Shown: positions 47,182-57,869 of the stretch, in pieces | How the letters are laid out: the number at the start of each line of letters is the position of its first letter | How positions within the stretch are numbered: position 1 is the stretch's first letter | Source of the DNA: a virus | Taxonomy: Duplodnaviria > Caudoviricetes | Virus record (IMG/VR): IMGVR_UViG_3300032236_001596 | Span: 1 to 62,522 of that record | DNA: 62,522 bases | Reading direction: 5' to 3' (one strand) | The notes under the pieces: generated by a model | What the model was told of the DNA's origin: nothing | Databases searched by the model: none | The model's input: only the letters and a program-made list of their open reading frames with translations | Position numbers and translations under genes: made by a program

Positions 47182-47877
47182 ATGACTGATTTCAATCGTA
47201 CCCCTGAAGCAAAGGAAATTTTTAAGAATAAAAATAAACCAAAAAACCCAATAAAATTTAAAATATCTTTAAACGAAGAACAAAAACAAGCTAAACAACT
47301 AATATTAGACAATCCATTGACACTACTAAAAGGTATGGCAGGTAGTGGAAAAACATTAGTAGCTACAGTGGTGGCTTTAGATATGCTTTTTAAAAAAGAA
47401 ATTGGAAAAATAATCATCACAAGACCTACAGTTTCTAAAGAAGAAATAGGATTTTTACCTGGTGATTTAAAAGAAAAAATGGATCCATGGTTAGCTCCTA
47501 TATACGCTAACTTGTATCTTTCATACGATAAAGACAAAATAGATAAGTTGATACAGGAGGAGGTGATTGAGGTGGTACCGTTTGCTTTTATGCGTGGTAG
47601 AACGTTTTTAAACGCATTTGTTATTGTAGATGAATGTCAAAATATAACTCATGCTCAAACCGAAATGGTAATAGGTCGTTTAGGTAAAAACAGCAAAATG
47701 GTATTTTGTGGAGACATAGCTCAAATAGATTTAAAAAACAGAAAAGATAGTGGTGTTGGTTTTTTTACTAGATTAGAAGAAAATGTTAAGGGAGTAAAAG
47801 TAATGACTTTAAAAACTAATCATCGTCATGAAATAGTAGAACCTATCCTTAAAGTTTATGCAGATTACAGAGACTAA
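47182..47877 (+). CDS. phoH: PhoH-family ATPase
   Basis: GMAGSGKT, IITRP, GFLPGD, FMRGRT, DECQN and GDIAQID motifs. Confidence 0.95.
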   Translation: MTDFNRTPEAKEIFKNKNKPKNPIKFKISLNEEQKQAKQLILDNPLTLLKGMAGSGKTLVATVVALDMLFKKEIGKIIITRPTVSKEEIGFLPGDLKEKMDPWLAPIYANLYLSYDKDKIDKLIQEEVIEVVPFAFMRGRTFLNAFVIVDECQNITHAQTEMVIGRLGKNSKMVFCGDIAQIDLKNRKDSGVGFFTRLEENVKGVKVMTLKTNHRHEIVEPILKVYADYRD

Positions 47878-47896
47878 AAATATTTATATATAAAAC

Positions 47897-48292
47897 ATGA
47901 GCGCAGGAAGATATTCATTTATTATAGAACAAGGTACCACAGTAAATTTTGAAATACAATACTCAGATGCATCAGGAAAACCTATAGATTTGACTGGATA
48001 TAATGGAAAAATGCAGCTAAAATCAAATTATGCTGACAATTCTCCTACAATATATTTAACTCTATCTAGCTCATTAAATTCAGATGGTACTGGATTAAAC
48101 TTTAGTGGATCTAGTGGTACTAAACCTCCTACTTCAGGATCTATTGGTATATATATTTCTTCATGTACTAGCTCTGGATTAATGTTTGATACTGCTTTCT
48201 ATGATCTTGAAATATATTCTGGAAGCAATTGTCCTTATACTGTGAGAGTACTCGAAGGTAAAGTTACATTATCTAAAGAAGTAACAAGATAA
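47897..48292 (+). CDS. virion Ig-like/adaptor protein
   Basis: IEQGT..PIDLTGY...YDLEI...RVLEGKV. Confidence 0.55.
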   Translation: MSAGRYSFIIEQGTTVNFEIQYSDASGKPIDLTGYNGKMQLKSNYADNSPTIYLTLSSSLNSDGTGLNFSGSSGTKPPTSGSIGIYISSCTSSGLMFDTAFYDLEIYSGSNCPYTVRVLEGKVTLSKEVTR

Positions 48293-48293
48293 A

Positions 48294-51200
48294 ATGGCAG
48301 ATCAAGTTAAAATAAGTACTACTAACACTACAGTACATACTACTATTGTTGATAATAAAGTAACAGTAGTAGATACTTCTTTGCCTCATGTTGTAAAAAT
48401 TCTTCAACCTGTAACAGATATAGTAAAAGTAGGTATTCCTGGTCTTCCTGGTCCTCCTGGCTCATCTACTAATATTGATACTGGTTCTTTTGCAACAACT
48501 GGATCTAACATATTTACAGGCAACCAAATAATATCAGGATCAGATTTAGTACAAGTTATTGAAAATATATATGGTACAATAATTATAGGTACTGAAGATC
48601 CTGTAGCTCCATCAGGGCTTAATTCAATAATAATACAAGATATTTCTGGAAATGATGTTTTAATTTTAGATCCAACAGGAATAGTTTTTACTTCTGGTTC
48701 AAACGGGCTTGTTATTACAATGGATCCATCTTCAAGTGTTGGAATATCAGGATTACCAAATGCTTCATATATTATGGCATTAAATAGTGCTAGTAATCCG
48801 TATCCCATAACACAATTCCAAAATGCAGAAAATTATACAGATGGTAGTGTAAGGTTTTATACAGGATTAAACTTAAACCAATATCTAATATCATCTGCTT
48901 CAATATTAACCACAGCAGGATTTACTGGTTCATTATCAGGTACAGCAAGTTATTCTCAAACAGCTTCATATACTACTACCGCTTCATATGTTTTGAATGC
49001 TATAAGTAGTTCCTATGCTTTAACAGCTTCAAACATACTAGGAGGTAGAGCAACACATATACCTTTTTTCATAACAGATACTACATTAGCAACTAGCTCA
49101 TTATATCAATCAGGCTCTGGTACAGTTATTATTAATCAAGATAATGCAACTTCTGCAAACCCAGAAGCATTATATGTTTGGCAACCAAGCGATACATCAT
49201 TTAATGTTATAAGTGGTAAAGGTAACTTAAATAATTACCTACAATTAAATATATCAAATACAAATCAAGGAACAAATGCTTCTTCAGATGTTGTAGCTAC
49301 AGCAAATAATGGGAATGAAAATATCAATTACATTGATATGGGTATCAATAGCCAAAACTTTGCAGGCTATTTAGGAGGACCAAACGATTCATACTTATAT
49401 TCTACAGGTAGAAATATGTGGATAGGTAACGTTACTGATAACAATTATGTTTACATATTCAATAGCTCAAGTTTAAGTCCAATTATAATATTAACACCTG
49501 ATAGTAAATTTACAACAAATGCTGATGCTGAAATTACTGGTAGTTTAAAAGTAACACGTGGTATAACAGGAAGTTTATTAGGAACTGCTAGTTACTCCGC
49601 AGCATCTTTAAGTGCTTCATATGCGTTAACGGCCTCATATGCTTTAAATGTTCCATCAACAGCTTCATATGCTTTAAGAGCCCTAACCGCTTCATATGCT
49701 TTAAATGTTCCTGTAACTGCTTCATATGCTATTAGTGCTTCATATGCTATTAACGCAGGAAACGCTGATAATGCTACTTATGCAACAACAGCAGGAAATG
49801 GTGGTGTTACACAATTAGTAGCTGGCTCTGGTATATCTTTAATTCCTGCAGGTGGACAGGGAGTAGTAACTATAGTATCCTCAGGAGGAGGAGGAACAAC
49901 TATTTTATCAGGATCAAATACAACACAATCCTTCTCTAACTCATCTACTTGGACATTTACACATAATCTAGGTGTTAGAACTCCTATAATTGAAGTATTT
50001 GACTCCAATTATAACCAAATGATTCCACAAACACTGCAGTTAACAGATACTAGCAGTGCTACAATAACTTTTCCAGTACCAAAAAGCGGATTTGCAATAG
50101 CATCAATAGGTGGAACAACAGGAACTGTATTATCATCTTCATATTCATTATTTTCAACATATGCTAACACTGCTTCTTATTATACTGAAAGCGATCCTGT
50201 ATTTGCAAGTAAGTCTGGAAGTTTTGTTACAACTAGTTCATTTAATAGCTTTACAAGCAGTTATAAACAAGATTCATCAAGTTTTAGTAGCAATATTAAC
50301 TCATTAACAAGTGCTACTAGTTCTTATGTATTGAACTCACAAACAAGTTCAATGTCTGTACTTAGCTCAAGTTATGCAACAACAGCCTCATACTACAAAG
50401 AAACAGATCCTATATTTACAGCTAAATCTGCAAGCCTAGCAACAACAGGTAGTAACACATTTATAGGAACACAAATAGTAACAGGCTCTTTATTCACATC
50501 AGGTTCAAATACTTTAGTTGGTAATACAGTTTTAAGTGGTAGCATTAATATTAGTGGTTCTAGTATAATACAAGGAACTACTACAATGAGTGGTTCACTT
50601 TCAATATCTGGATCAACAACACAAATAGGTAATAACACATTGATAGGTACTACAACATTAACAGGTAGTATTCTTATAAATGGTGATATTATACCACAAA
50701 TATCTAGTTCTTTTAGTTTAGGCTCTGTAACAAACCCTTGGAAATCACTATTTGTACAATCTGGCTCAATATACATTGCATCAGATACACCCGGAGGAGC
50801 TGCCGCAACTATTTCAAATAAAAATGGAAACGTTTCTATAACTGTAGCAGGATTTCAGATAGTAAGTGGATCATCAGTTCCGTTCCTTATTGATACTTCA
50901 GGCAGAACTAAGATTTTTACACCAAATATACCAGCAAATGATCAAGGAGCATTTAGCATAGTAGGAAGTAGTGATGGATATGCTCAAACAATAGGATTAG
51001 CAGGTAGAATGGTCCATATAACAGGAAACGACACCCTACCAAGTAGAATTGAAAATGACTCATTTGGTGCTGGAGCCTTTCCAGCATATATTGGAAGAAA
51101 TGCAAGAGGAATAGCATCTTCTCCAAGTGCCTCTCAAACTGGAGATATATTATCTCGTTTAGCAGCATTAGGATACGGGGCTACAGGATATTTAGCTACA

Positions 51201-52037
51201 AATATTAATAGTGGCCCTCCACTCAATAGTATTGATTTTGTAGCAAAACAAAACTACAACGATGTTTCAGCTTCTAGCGCAATAGAATTTTATACATCAC
51301 CTCAAGATAAAAGAGTAAGAACTTTATCAGCAACTATAGATACAACTGGTATAACAATTCCTTCAAGCAGTTTATTATTTGGTACAGCAAGTTGGGCTTT
51401 AAATTCCCAAACATCTTCCTATGTACTTCAAGCAGTTAGTAGTTCATATGCAACTACATCTTCTTATGCTCCAAGATATGTACTCATTAGTCAAACAAGT
51501 TCATTTGCAACAACAGGTTCAAACACATTTATAGGTAACCAAACTATAAGTGGTTCAATAATACAAACAGGTTCATTAACAGTAAATGGTCCGGCTACAT
51601 TTAATGATTTAACAGTAACTATAACAGGTTCATTACTAGTAACTGGTTCAAGTACATTAATAGGAAATCAAACAGTAACAGGATCTATAATAGTAAGTGG
51701 ATCATTATTAATGGATAACACCGCACAGAACTTAATATTAAAAACATCAATTACAAATCCTTCATCATACGCTATATATACATTTTCAACTGCTAGTTAT
51801 CATGGTGCTAACTATAATTTTACAGTAACTGAAGATAGTACTGGGAAATCTACAACATATAATGTACTAGTAGCATCAGGTAATAATAAAGTAGCAAATA
51901 TACAAACTTATTTAGTTAAATCAGAGGGATCAGCACCTACACCAACAATAGCAACAGCTATAAACGGCAGTAATATAGAACTAAGAATAACTGATACAGG
52001 TACGTTTACTTATAGAGGAATAGTGCAATTATTTTAA
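48294..52037 (+). CDS. long fibre protein (Ser/Thr-rich, TASYA and TGS repeats)
   Basis: Short GxP collagen-like stretch; FATTGSNxFxGxQ-like motif three times; TWTFTHNLG domain. Confidence 0.7.
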   Translation: MADQVKISTTNTTVHTTIVDNKVTVVDTSLPHVVKILQPVTDIVKVGIPGLPGPPGSSTNIDTGSFATTGSNIFTGNQIISGSDLVQVIENIYGTIIIGTEDPVAPSGLNSIIIQDISGNDVLILDPTGIVFTSGSNGLVITMDPSSSVGISGLPNASYIMALNSASNPYPITQFQNAENYTDGSVRFYTGLNLNQYLISSASILTTAGFTGSLSGTASYSQTASYTTTASYVLNAISSSYALTASNILGGRATHIPFFITDTTLATSSLYQSGSGTVIINQDNATSANPEALYVWQPSDTSFNVISGKGNLNNYLQLNISNTNQGTNASSDVVATANNGNENINYIDMGINSQNFAGYLGGPNDSYLYSTGRNMWIGNVTDNNYVYIFNSSSLSPIIILTPDSKFTTNADAEITGSLKVTRGITGSLLGTASYSAASLSASYALTASYALNVPSTASYALRALTASYALNVPVTASYAISASYAINAGNADNATYATTAGNGGVTQLVAGSGISLIPAGGQGVVTIVSSGGGGTTILSGSNTTQSFSNSSTWTFTHNLGVRTPIIEVFDSNYNQMIPQTLQLTDTSSATITFPVPKSGFAIASIGGTTGTVLSSSYSLFSTYANTASYYTESDPVFASKSGSFVTTSSFNSFTSSYKQDSSSFSSNINSLTSATSSYVLNSQTSSMSVLSSSYATTASYYKETDPIFTAKSASLATTGSNTFIGTQIVTGSLFTSGSNTLVGNTVLSGSINISGSSIIQGTTTMSGSLSISGSTTQIGNNTLIGTTTLTGSILINGDIIPQISSSFSLGSVTNPWKSLFVQSGSIYIASDTPGGAAATISNKNGNVSITVAGFQIVSGSSVPFLIDTSGRTKIFTPNIPANDQGAFSIVGSSDGYAQTIGLAGRMVHITGNDTLPSRIENDSFGAGAFPAYIGRNARGIASSPSASQTGDILSRLAALGYGATGYLATNINSGPPLNSIDFVAKQNYNDVSASSAIEFYTSPQDKRVRTLSATIDTTGITIPSSSLLFGTASWALNSQTSSYVLQAVSSSYATTSSYAPRYVLISQTSSFATTGSNTFIGNQTISGSIIQTGSLTVNGPATFNDLTVTITGSLLVTGSSTLIGNQTVTGSIIVSGSLLMDNTAQNLILKTSITNPSSYAIYTFSTASYHGANYNFTVTEDSTGKSTTYNVLVASGNNKVANIQTYLVKSEGSAPTPTIATAINGSNIELRITDTGTFTYRGIVQLF

Positions 52038-52057
52038 ATAGAATGATATTATAAAAA

Positions 52058-52747
52058 ATGGAAATATTTCAACCCGTCATAACAGGATCACTTAACGTAT
52101 CAGGATCAGTAACTGCAACTTCATTTACAGGAAGTTTACAAGGTACTGCTTCTTATGCTATTACAGCCTCATATGCCGTCAATGTTGGTTCACCAGCATT
52201 TCCATACACAGGAAGCGCAATTATAACTGGTAGCTTAACCATAACAGGATCAACTGTTTCAACATTAGGATTTACAGGTAGCTTACAAGGTACAGCAAGT
52301 TGGTCTTCAAACTCAATAAGTAGTTCATATTCTACAACAGCTTCTTATTATGCTGGTAGTATTACAAGTGCATCTTATGCTGCAACTAGTTCTTATGGAA
52401 ATAACTTTGTAGCAAATGGAACATTAACTATTAGCAGTACATTAATAAATTATGCAACAATAAACTCTGCAATAGTAGGAAGTAACAACTTATTTAATCA
52501 AGCAACAGGCTCATATAGATCTGCATTTGGTAATTATACATTATCAAATACTACAAACTCTAGAGCAGGACATTTTATGACTGCTTGGAATGGTACTTCA
52601 ATAGTATACACAGATACATCAACAACAGATATAGGAAATACTAGTGACGTTTCATTTTCTTCTGCAATAGTAGGAAGTACATTACAGATAAATGCAATAG
52701 CAGCATCATCTGGATGGTCTGTAAAAATGTTGGTTACTTATATTTAA
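52058..52747 (+). CDS. short fibre/decoration protein
   Basis: TGSL and TASYA repeats plus a C-terminal beta-sandwich-like domain. Confidence 0.6.
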   Translation: MEIFQPVITGSLNVSGSVTATSFTGSLQGTASYAITASYAVNVGSPAFPYTGSAIITGSLTITGSTVSTLGFTGSLQGTASWSSNSISSSYSTTASYYAGSITSASYAATSSYGNNFVANGTLTISSTLINYATINSAIVGSNNLFNQATGSYRSAFGNYTLSNTTNSRAGHFMTAWNGTSIVYTDTSTTDIGNTSDVSFSSAIVGSTLQINAIAASSGWSVKMLVTYI

Positions 52748-52794
52748 CATATTTATATATAAAACATTAGTTGGATAGGGAAAACTAAAAATAC

Positions 52795-54723
52795 ATGGCA
52801 AACGAATTCATAGCTCGCAACGGGCTTATATCACAAAACAATTCTACAGTTACAGGTTCATTAATAGTAACCGGAGGTATAACAGGATCATTACAAGGAA
52901 TTGCTACAACAGCTTCATATGTTCAAAATGCTCAAACAGCTTCATATGTTCAAAATGCTATAAGTAGTTCCTATGCAACTACTGCTTCATATTCTTTAAC
53001 ATCATCTGTTGCACCAAATTATACAACATTAACATCATTTAATAGCTTTACAAGTTCATATACAACAGGAAGTTTTACAGGTAGTTTTATTGGAACACAC
53101 ACAGGAAGCTTATCAGGAACTGCAAGTTATGCAACAACAGCTTTATCTGCATCTTACGCTCCTTCTGCTGGAACTACATTAACCGCATACGGTCAAACTT
53201 TATTTGTTGATGCTACAAACGGTAACGACTCAACAGCTTTACTAGGTAGAATAGATCTACCTTATAAAACTATATCTGCTTCAGTAGTAGCAGCTCAAAC
53301 AGGTAGTACAGTTTACGTATTTCCTGGAACTTATACAGACACAAACATTTTTAAAGATGGTGTAAACTATTATTTTGTAAACGGTGTTACTATTAAACCA
53401 GCTAACACTTCATCCGTGTTTTTAATTAATAATCCTGTAAATGATGTAAACATTGACGGAGCATTAACAGTAAATACTAACCAAAATGGTATAGTGTTTG
53501 ACATACAAAATAATGCAAGTGGTAGTAACTACTTTATAAAATTTAAACAAATAATAGGTACAACTGCTTTAACTAATGATGCTATAGCAAGTAAATCATT
53601 AATTAGGTTTGCTAATACTGTACCATCAGGTTCTTTAAAATGTTATGCAAACATACAAGGAGACATAAAATTTACAAGTACTTTAGCCACAACTGCTGTT
53701 GGAGCTTTTAACACATTTCAAGATGCAGTAAACTTAACATATCAAGGTAATATTATATGTACATCAACATCTTGCGCATTTAAAAGAAATTCTGCAGGAA
53801 CAAATATAACTAGTACTTACACAGGATTATTCTCATCAACAGGGGCAACATATACAATGTATTTAAACTCAGGTAACCCTTATGTATTTGAAACAATAAA
53901 TGGTACTATTGCTAACACTTCAGTTGCAAATGGTGTATATGCTTTTACTAATCAAAGTGCTCAATATAATGTTACTACTGTTAATGCAAATATATTAGGT
54001 AATGTAATTTTAACAAACTCATATATTGACCATGTTGTAATAAATGGAAGTATATCAGGTTATAGTAGTGGTTCTCCAATTTACATATTAATACAAGGAA
54101 ATGCATCGCCATCAGCCTTACCTTCTAACTGTACTATAAATGGCAACATAATATTTGGAAGTATAGTTATGCAAGGTGGTAATGCTATTGTAAATGGTGC
54201 AGTAGAATTAACAACAGGAAACTATCCATCGCAAGGATTATATACACAAACAGGTGGAGTAATGTACTGGAAAGGATATGGACAATTTTATAGTACCAAT
54301 AATTTAAACTCACCTGTAAGTAATACTATTACAAGTACTGTAAATGGAGGTAAATTAGTAATAGCAAAAGGTAGCGTGTTTCAATTATCTGCATTAAATT
54401 CCGGAGGATCTGCTACACAACATGGCTTACAAATTAGTGGAGGTATAGTACAAGTAGAAGGTAAAGTTGAGTATGCTTCAAGTGGTTATACAGCTAACTT
54501 AGCAGCAATAAGACTTACAACAGGTTCGTTAATATTAGATAGTGGTACTATTATAAACAGATTAACTTCTGCAACAGCTTCAATATTAGTAGAGAATACA
54601 GGTTCAACTGTTGTAAAAATATATAACAATTCATTTAGTAATTTAGCTGCTATAGGTACATATTCTAACGCAATTACAAATGGAGGAGGAACATTATATG
54701 CAAATACAAATACAATAGACTAA
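52795..54723 (+). CDS. fibre/spike with a right-handed beta-helix (possible depolymerase or receptor-binding protein)
   Basis: LFVDATNGNDS...PYKTISASV...VYVFPGTY is a typical beta-helix N-cap. Confidence 0.65.
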   Translation: MANEFIARNGLISQNNSTVTGSLIVTGGITGSLQGIATTASYVQNAQTASYVQNAISSSYATTASYSLTSSVAPNYTTLTSFNSFTSSYTTGSFTGSFIGTHTGSLSGTASYATTALSASYAPSAGTTLTAYGQTLFVDATNGNDSTALLGRIDLPYKTISASVVAAQTGSTVYVFPGTYTDTNIFKDGVNYYFVNGVTIKPANTSSVFLINNPVNDVNIDGALTVNTNQNGIVFDIQNNASGSNYFIKFKQIIGTTALTNDAIASKSLIRFANTVPSGSLKCYANIQGDIKFTSTLATTAVGAFNTFQDAVNLTYQGNIICTSTSCAFKRNSAGTNITSTYTGLFSSTGATYTMYLNSGNPYVFETINGTIANTSVANGVYAFTNQSAQYNVTTVNANILGNVILTNSYIDHVVINGSISGYSSGSPIYILIQGNASPSALPSNCTINGNIIFGSIVMQGGNAIVNGAVELTTGNYPSQGLYTQTGGVMYWKGYGQFYSTNNLNSPVSNTITSTVNGGKLVIAKGSVFQLSALNSGGSATQHGLQISGGIVQVEGKVEYASSGYTANLAAIRLTTGSLILDSGTIINRLTSATASILVENTGSTVVKIYNNSFSNLAAIGTYSNAITNGGGTLYANTNTID

Positions 54724-54727
54724 TATT

Positions 54728-54916
54728 ATGGAAAACGCAAAGTACATTTACATTCAAATTGCACAAGACATTCACGAAGACCGTGAAAGAATACTAACTA
54801 GTTCTGATCATATTACTGAAACTATTTATATAGCTGATTTAACTAGTGAAGAATTAGCCATCTATAACCAGTTTGTAAGTATGATGAATGATAGACTAAG
54901 TAACCCACCTAACTAG
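54728..54916 (+). CDS. small protein, possible fibre chaperone
   Basis: Directly follows the fibre gene. Confidence 0.45.
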   Translation: MENAKYIYIQIAQDIHEDRERILTSSDHITETIYIADLTSEELAIYNQFVSMMNDRLSNPPN

Positions 54917-54950
54917 AGTTATTACATATTTATAATAAAATAAAATTATT

Positions 54951-56102
54951 ATGAATATTCCTATATGGCCTGGTTCTTCATCTTTTGCACCTGGAGATAC
55001 TCCTTTTGGCTTTTATGACTATGATTATCAATTTCGAGCGGATATTGATAAATTTGCTGTATTTGCCTCACGCAGAATGGGTTATCCTATTATAGATATT
55101 GAATTACAGGATATAAATTTTTATGCTGCTTTTGAACAAGCTGTAACTACTTATGGAAATGAAGTATATTCTTATCTAGTAAGACAAAATTATTTAGATA
55201 TAGAAGGAGCTTCTACTAGTATAAATTTCAATAATGCTTTAGTAACTCCAAACATGAGTATAATAATCCGCATTGCAGAACAATACGGAGTAGAAGCAGG
55301 AACAGGAGGTAATATATCATACTATTCTGGCTCAATACCTTTACAATTAGGAGTTCAAAACTATGATTTAAACGCATGGGCTTCTCAAAATGGAATTAAT
55401 GGAGCTGATGTTGAAATTAAAAGAGTATTCTATGAATCTCCACCAGCTATTACTAAATACTTTGATCCATATGCGGGAACAGGAACAGGAATAATGAATC
55501 TAGTAGACTCATTTGGTTGGGGTAACTACTCTCCAGCTATTAACTTCCTATTAATGCCTTTCAATTATGACTTACAAAAAATACAAGCAATTGAATTCAA
55601 TGATCAGATTAGAAAAGCCAACTATTCTTTTGAAATAAATAACAATTTACTTAGAATATTCCCGATCCCTACAGATGATGTCCATGTATTACATTTTCAT
55701 TATATGTTAAAATCTGATAGATTAAATAATAATATAATTCCTAATGATGATGGTAGTATAGTAACAAATGTTTCTAATGTTCCATTTACTAATCCTGTTT
55801 ATTCACAAATAAACTCTATAGGCAGAAGTTGGATATTTGAATATGCCTTAGCAATATGCAAAGAAATGTTAGGGTATGTTAGAGGAAAATATGCAGCAAT
55901 GCCTATACCTGGAGATTCAACACCACTAAACCAATCAGATTTAATTACAGCTGCTACCAAAGAAAAAGAAGACTTAATTACAAAATTAAGAACATACTTA
56001 ACAGAAACTTCAAGAGATAGTATAATGACACGTAAGAATGCTGAAGAAGATCATACATTAAAACGTTTACAACAAGCACCTTTTTATATTTATATAGGTT
56101 AA
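54951..56102 (+). CDS. gp13: neck protein, gp13-like
   Basis: RRMGYPIIDIEL; WIFEYALAICKEMLGYVRGKY. Confidence 0.8.
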   Translation: MNIPIWPGSSSFAPGDTPFGFYDYDYQFRADIDKFAVFASRRMGYPIIDIELQDINFYAAFEQAVTTYGNEVYSYLVRQNYLDIEGASTSINFNNALVTPNMSIIIRIAEQYGVEAGTGGNISYYSGSIPLQLGVQNYDLNAWASQNGINGADVEIKRVFYESPPAITKYFDPYAGTGTGIMNLVDSFGWGNYSPAINFLLMPFNYDLQKIQAIEFNDQIRKANYSFEINNNLLRIFPIPTDDVHVLHFHYMLKSDRLNNNIIPNDDGSIVTNVSNVPFTNPVYSQINSIGRSWIFEYALAICKEMLGYVRGKYAAMPIPGDSTPLNQSDLITAATKEKEDLITKLRTYLTETSRDSIMTRKNAEEDHTLKRLQQAPFYIYIG

Positions 56103-56114
56103 TAAAATAATACC

Positions 56115-56633
56115 ATGGCATTATTCGGATCAGCAAGAGACGCAAGTTTAGTTAGACATATAAATAGAGAATTTTTGGGAAATATTGTTTCCCAACAGGC
56201 TGCTTTTTACAAATTTAGAATAGATAAAAATAACATCAATATATACGGGGAATCAGCTGGAATAAAACACTATATGGGTCCTGTTTTATTTTATTGTTTA
56301 GTACAAAGAGAAGGTCAAACATTCCAAGGATCTGATAACTTATCAACTATAGATTTTGGTTGGAAAATTGACTTTAAATTCCTGAGAGATGACTTAGTAG
56401 ATGGAAATTATGTACCTGAAGTTGGTGACATCATATTATACCAAGAAAGATATTATGAAGTAGATAATATAGTAGCTAACCAATACTTTGAAGGAAAAAA
56501 TCCAGACTACCCAAATAGTGTAAACCCTCTCAACCCGGGATTAGAGAATTTTGGATACAATTTATCTATTATATGTGAAACGCATGTCATACCAAGTGAT
56601 AAAGTTGCAATAACTAATGAAAGACCAATATAA
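56115..56633 (+). CDS. gp14: neck/head-closure protein, gp14-like
   Basis: NIYGES; PEVGDIILY..YYEV; position. Confidence 0.65.
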   Translation: MALFGSARDASLVRHINREFLGNIVSQQAAFYKFRIDKNNINIYGESAGIKHYMGPVLFYCLVQREGQTFQGSDNLSTIDFGWKIDFKFLRDDLVDGNYVPEVGDIILYQERYYEVDNIVANQYFEGKNPDYPNSVNPLNPGLENFGYNLSIICETHVIPSDKVAITNERPI

Positions 56634-57499
56634 TGGAAAGAAAACCAACACCACCATCACAACGTGAACTTAGCAGAAGATTACAGGAACCATATAATGT
56701 ATCTGGTCCTGGTTTTCAACCTGTAGGAGATCCTAATGATTCTGCTTACAAACCTAATGATAGAGGAAATCAAATATCGTTTAAAGGAGATACTGTAAAA
56801 CCTTTAAGTTTAGGAATACAAGATATAGATGAAGCAGTCATGTATTATATTAAAAACATCATAAAACCTACAGTAATACAAAATGGAATAAAACAAGATG
56901 TTGAAGTAGTTTATGGCTCTACTGAAAAATGGGTTACTATGCAAAAAGAAGGATACTATAGAGATAAAAGCGGAAAAGTTATGATGCCTATTATAGTATT
57001 TAAAAGAAATAACATAGACCATATTAGAACCATAGGTAACAAACTAGATGCTAATTTTCCAAACAATATAAGTGTAACAGGCCAAAAATATAGTCCTAAA
57101 AACGCATATAATAGTTTTAATGTATTGAATAGAACTCCCTATATAAAACAATATTACGCCACTGTAATACCTGATTATGTAACTGTAACTTATGATTTTA
57201 TCATTTCTACTTATTATGTAGAACAAATGAATAAAATAGTAGAAGCTATGAATTATGCTTCTGATTCATATTGGGGAGATCCTGAAAAATTCAAATTCAA
57301 AGCTATGATAGACTCATTTATTACTAATACTGAATTACCATCAGACAATGAAAGAATAGTCAAAAGTACATTTAGTATAAAACTATATGGATATATTATA
57401 CCTGATACTATTCAGAAAGATTTATCATCTATTAAAAAAATATACAACAAAGCCCAAGTAAATTTTACAGTTAATGTAGTATCTGATATACCTGAATAA
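56633..57499 (+). CDS. gp15: tail terminator/sheath stabiliser, gp15-like
   Basis: VVYGSTEKW...MPII...PDYVTVTYDF...EQMNKIVE. Confidence 0.65.
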   Translation: MERKPTPPSQRELSRRLQEPYNVSGPGFQPVGDPNDSAYKPNDRGNQISFKGDTVKPLSLGIQDIDEAVMYYIKNIIKPTVIQNGIKQDVEVVYGSTEKWVTMQKEGYYRDKSGKVMMPIIVFKRNNIDHIRTIGNKLDANFPNNISVTGQKYSPKNAYNSFNVLNRTPYIKQYYATVIPDYVTVTYDFIISTYYVEQMNKIVEAMNYASDSYWGDPEKFKFKAMIDSFITNTELPSDNERIVKSTFSIKLYGYIIPDTIQKDLSSIKKIYNKAQVNFTVNVVSDIPE

Positions 57500-57555
57500 A
57501 ATTTATAAGAGTAATATTTTTATAACAATTATTACATATTTATAATAAAAAAGTA

Positions 57556-57807
57556 ATGGAAAAAAAAGTTTTATCTCAAGAAGAATTAAGTGAAATAAAA
57601 AATTTACAACAACAATTTCAAGATCTTACAATAAAAACTGGACAAATTGAATTAAGTATTATGAGTCTTCAAATACAAAAAGAAAAAATTAAAACTCTAT
57701 TTGATACTTTAAAACAAGATGAACAAGTTCTTATTAAAAAAATAGAAGAAACATATGGAACTAAAGGATATATTTCTTTAGACACAGGAGAATTTATTTC
57801 ACAATAG
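57556..57807 (+). CDS. small coiled-coil protein
   Basis: C-terminal YG.KGYISLDTGEF. Confidence 0.6.
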   Translation: MEKKVLSQEELSEIKNLQQQFQDLTIKTGQIELSIMSLQIQKEKIKTLFDTLKQDEQVLIKKIEETYGTKGYISLDTGEFISQ

Positions 57808-57869
57808 TTTTTTAAAAACAAATGCATATTTATTAATAACACAATCATCAATAAAAAATAACAAAAAAC

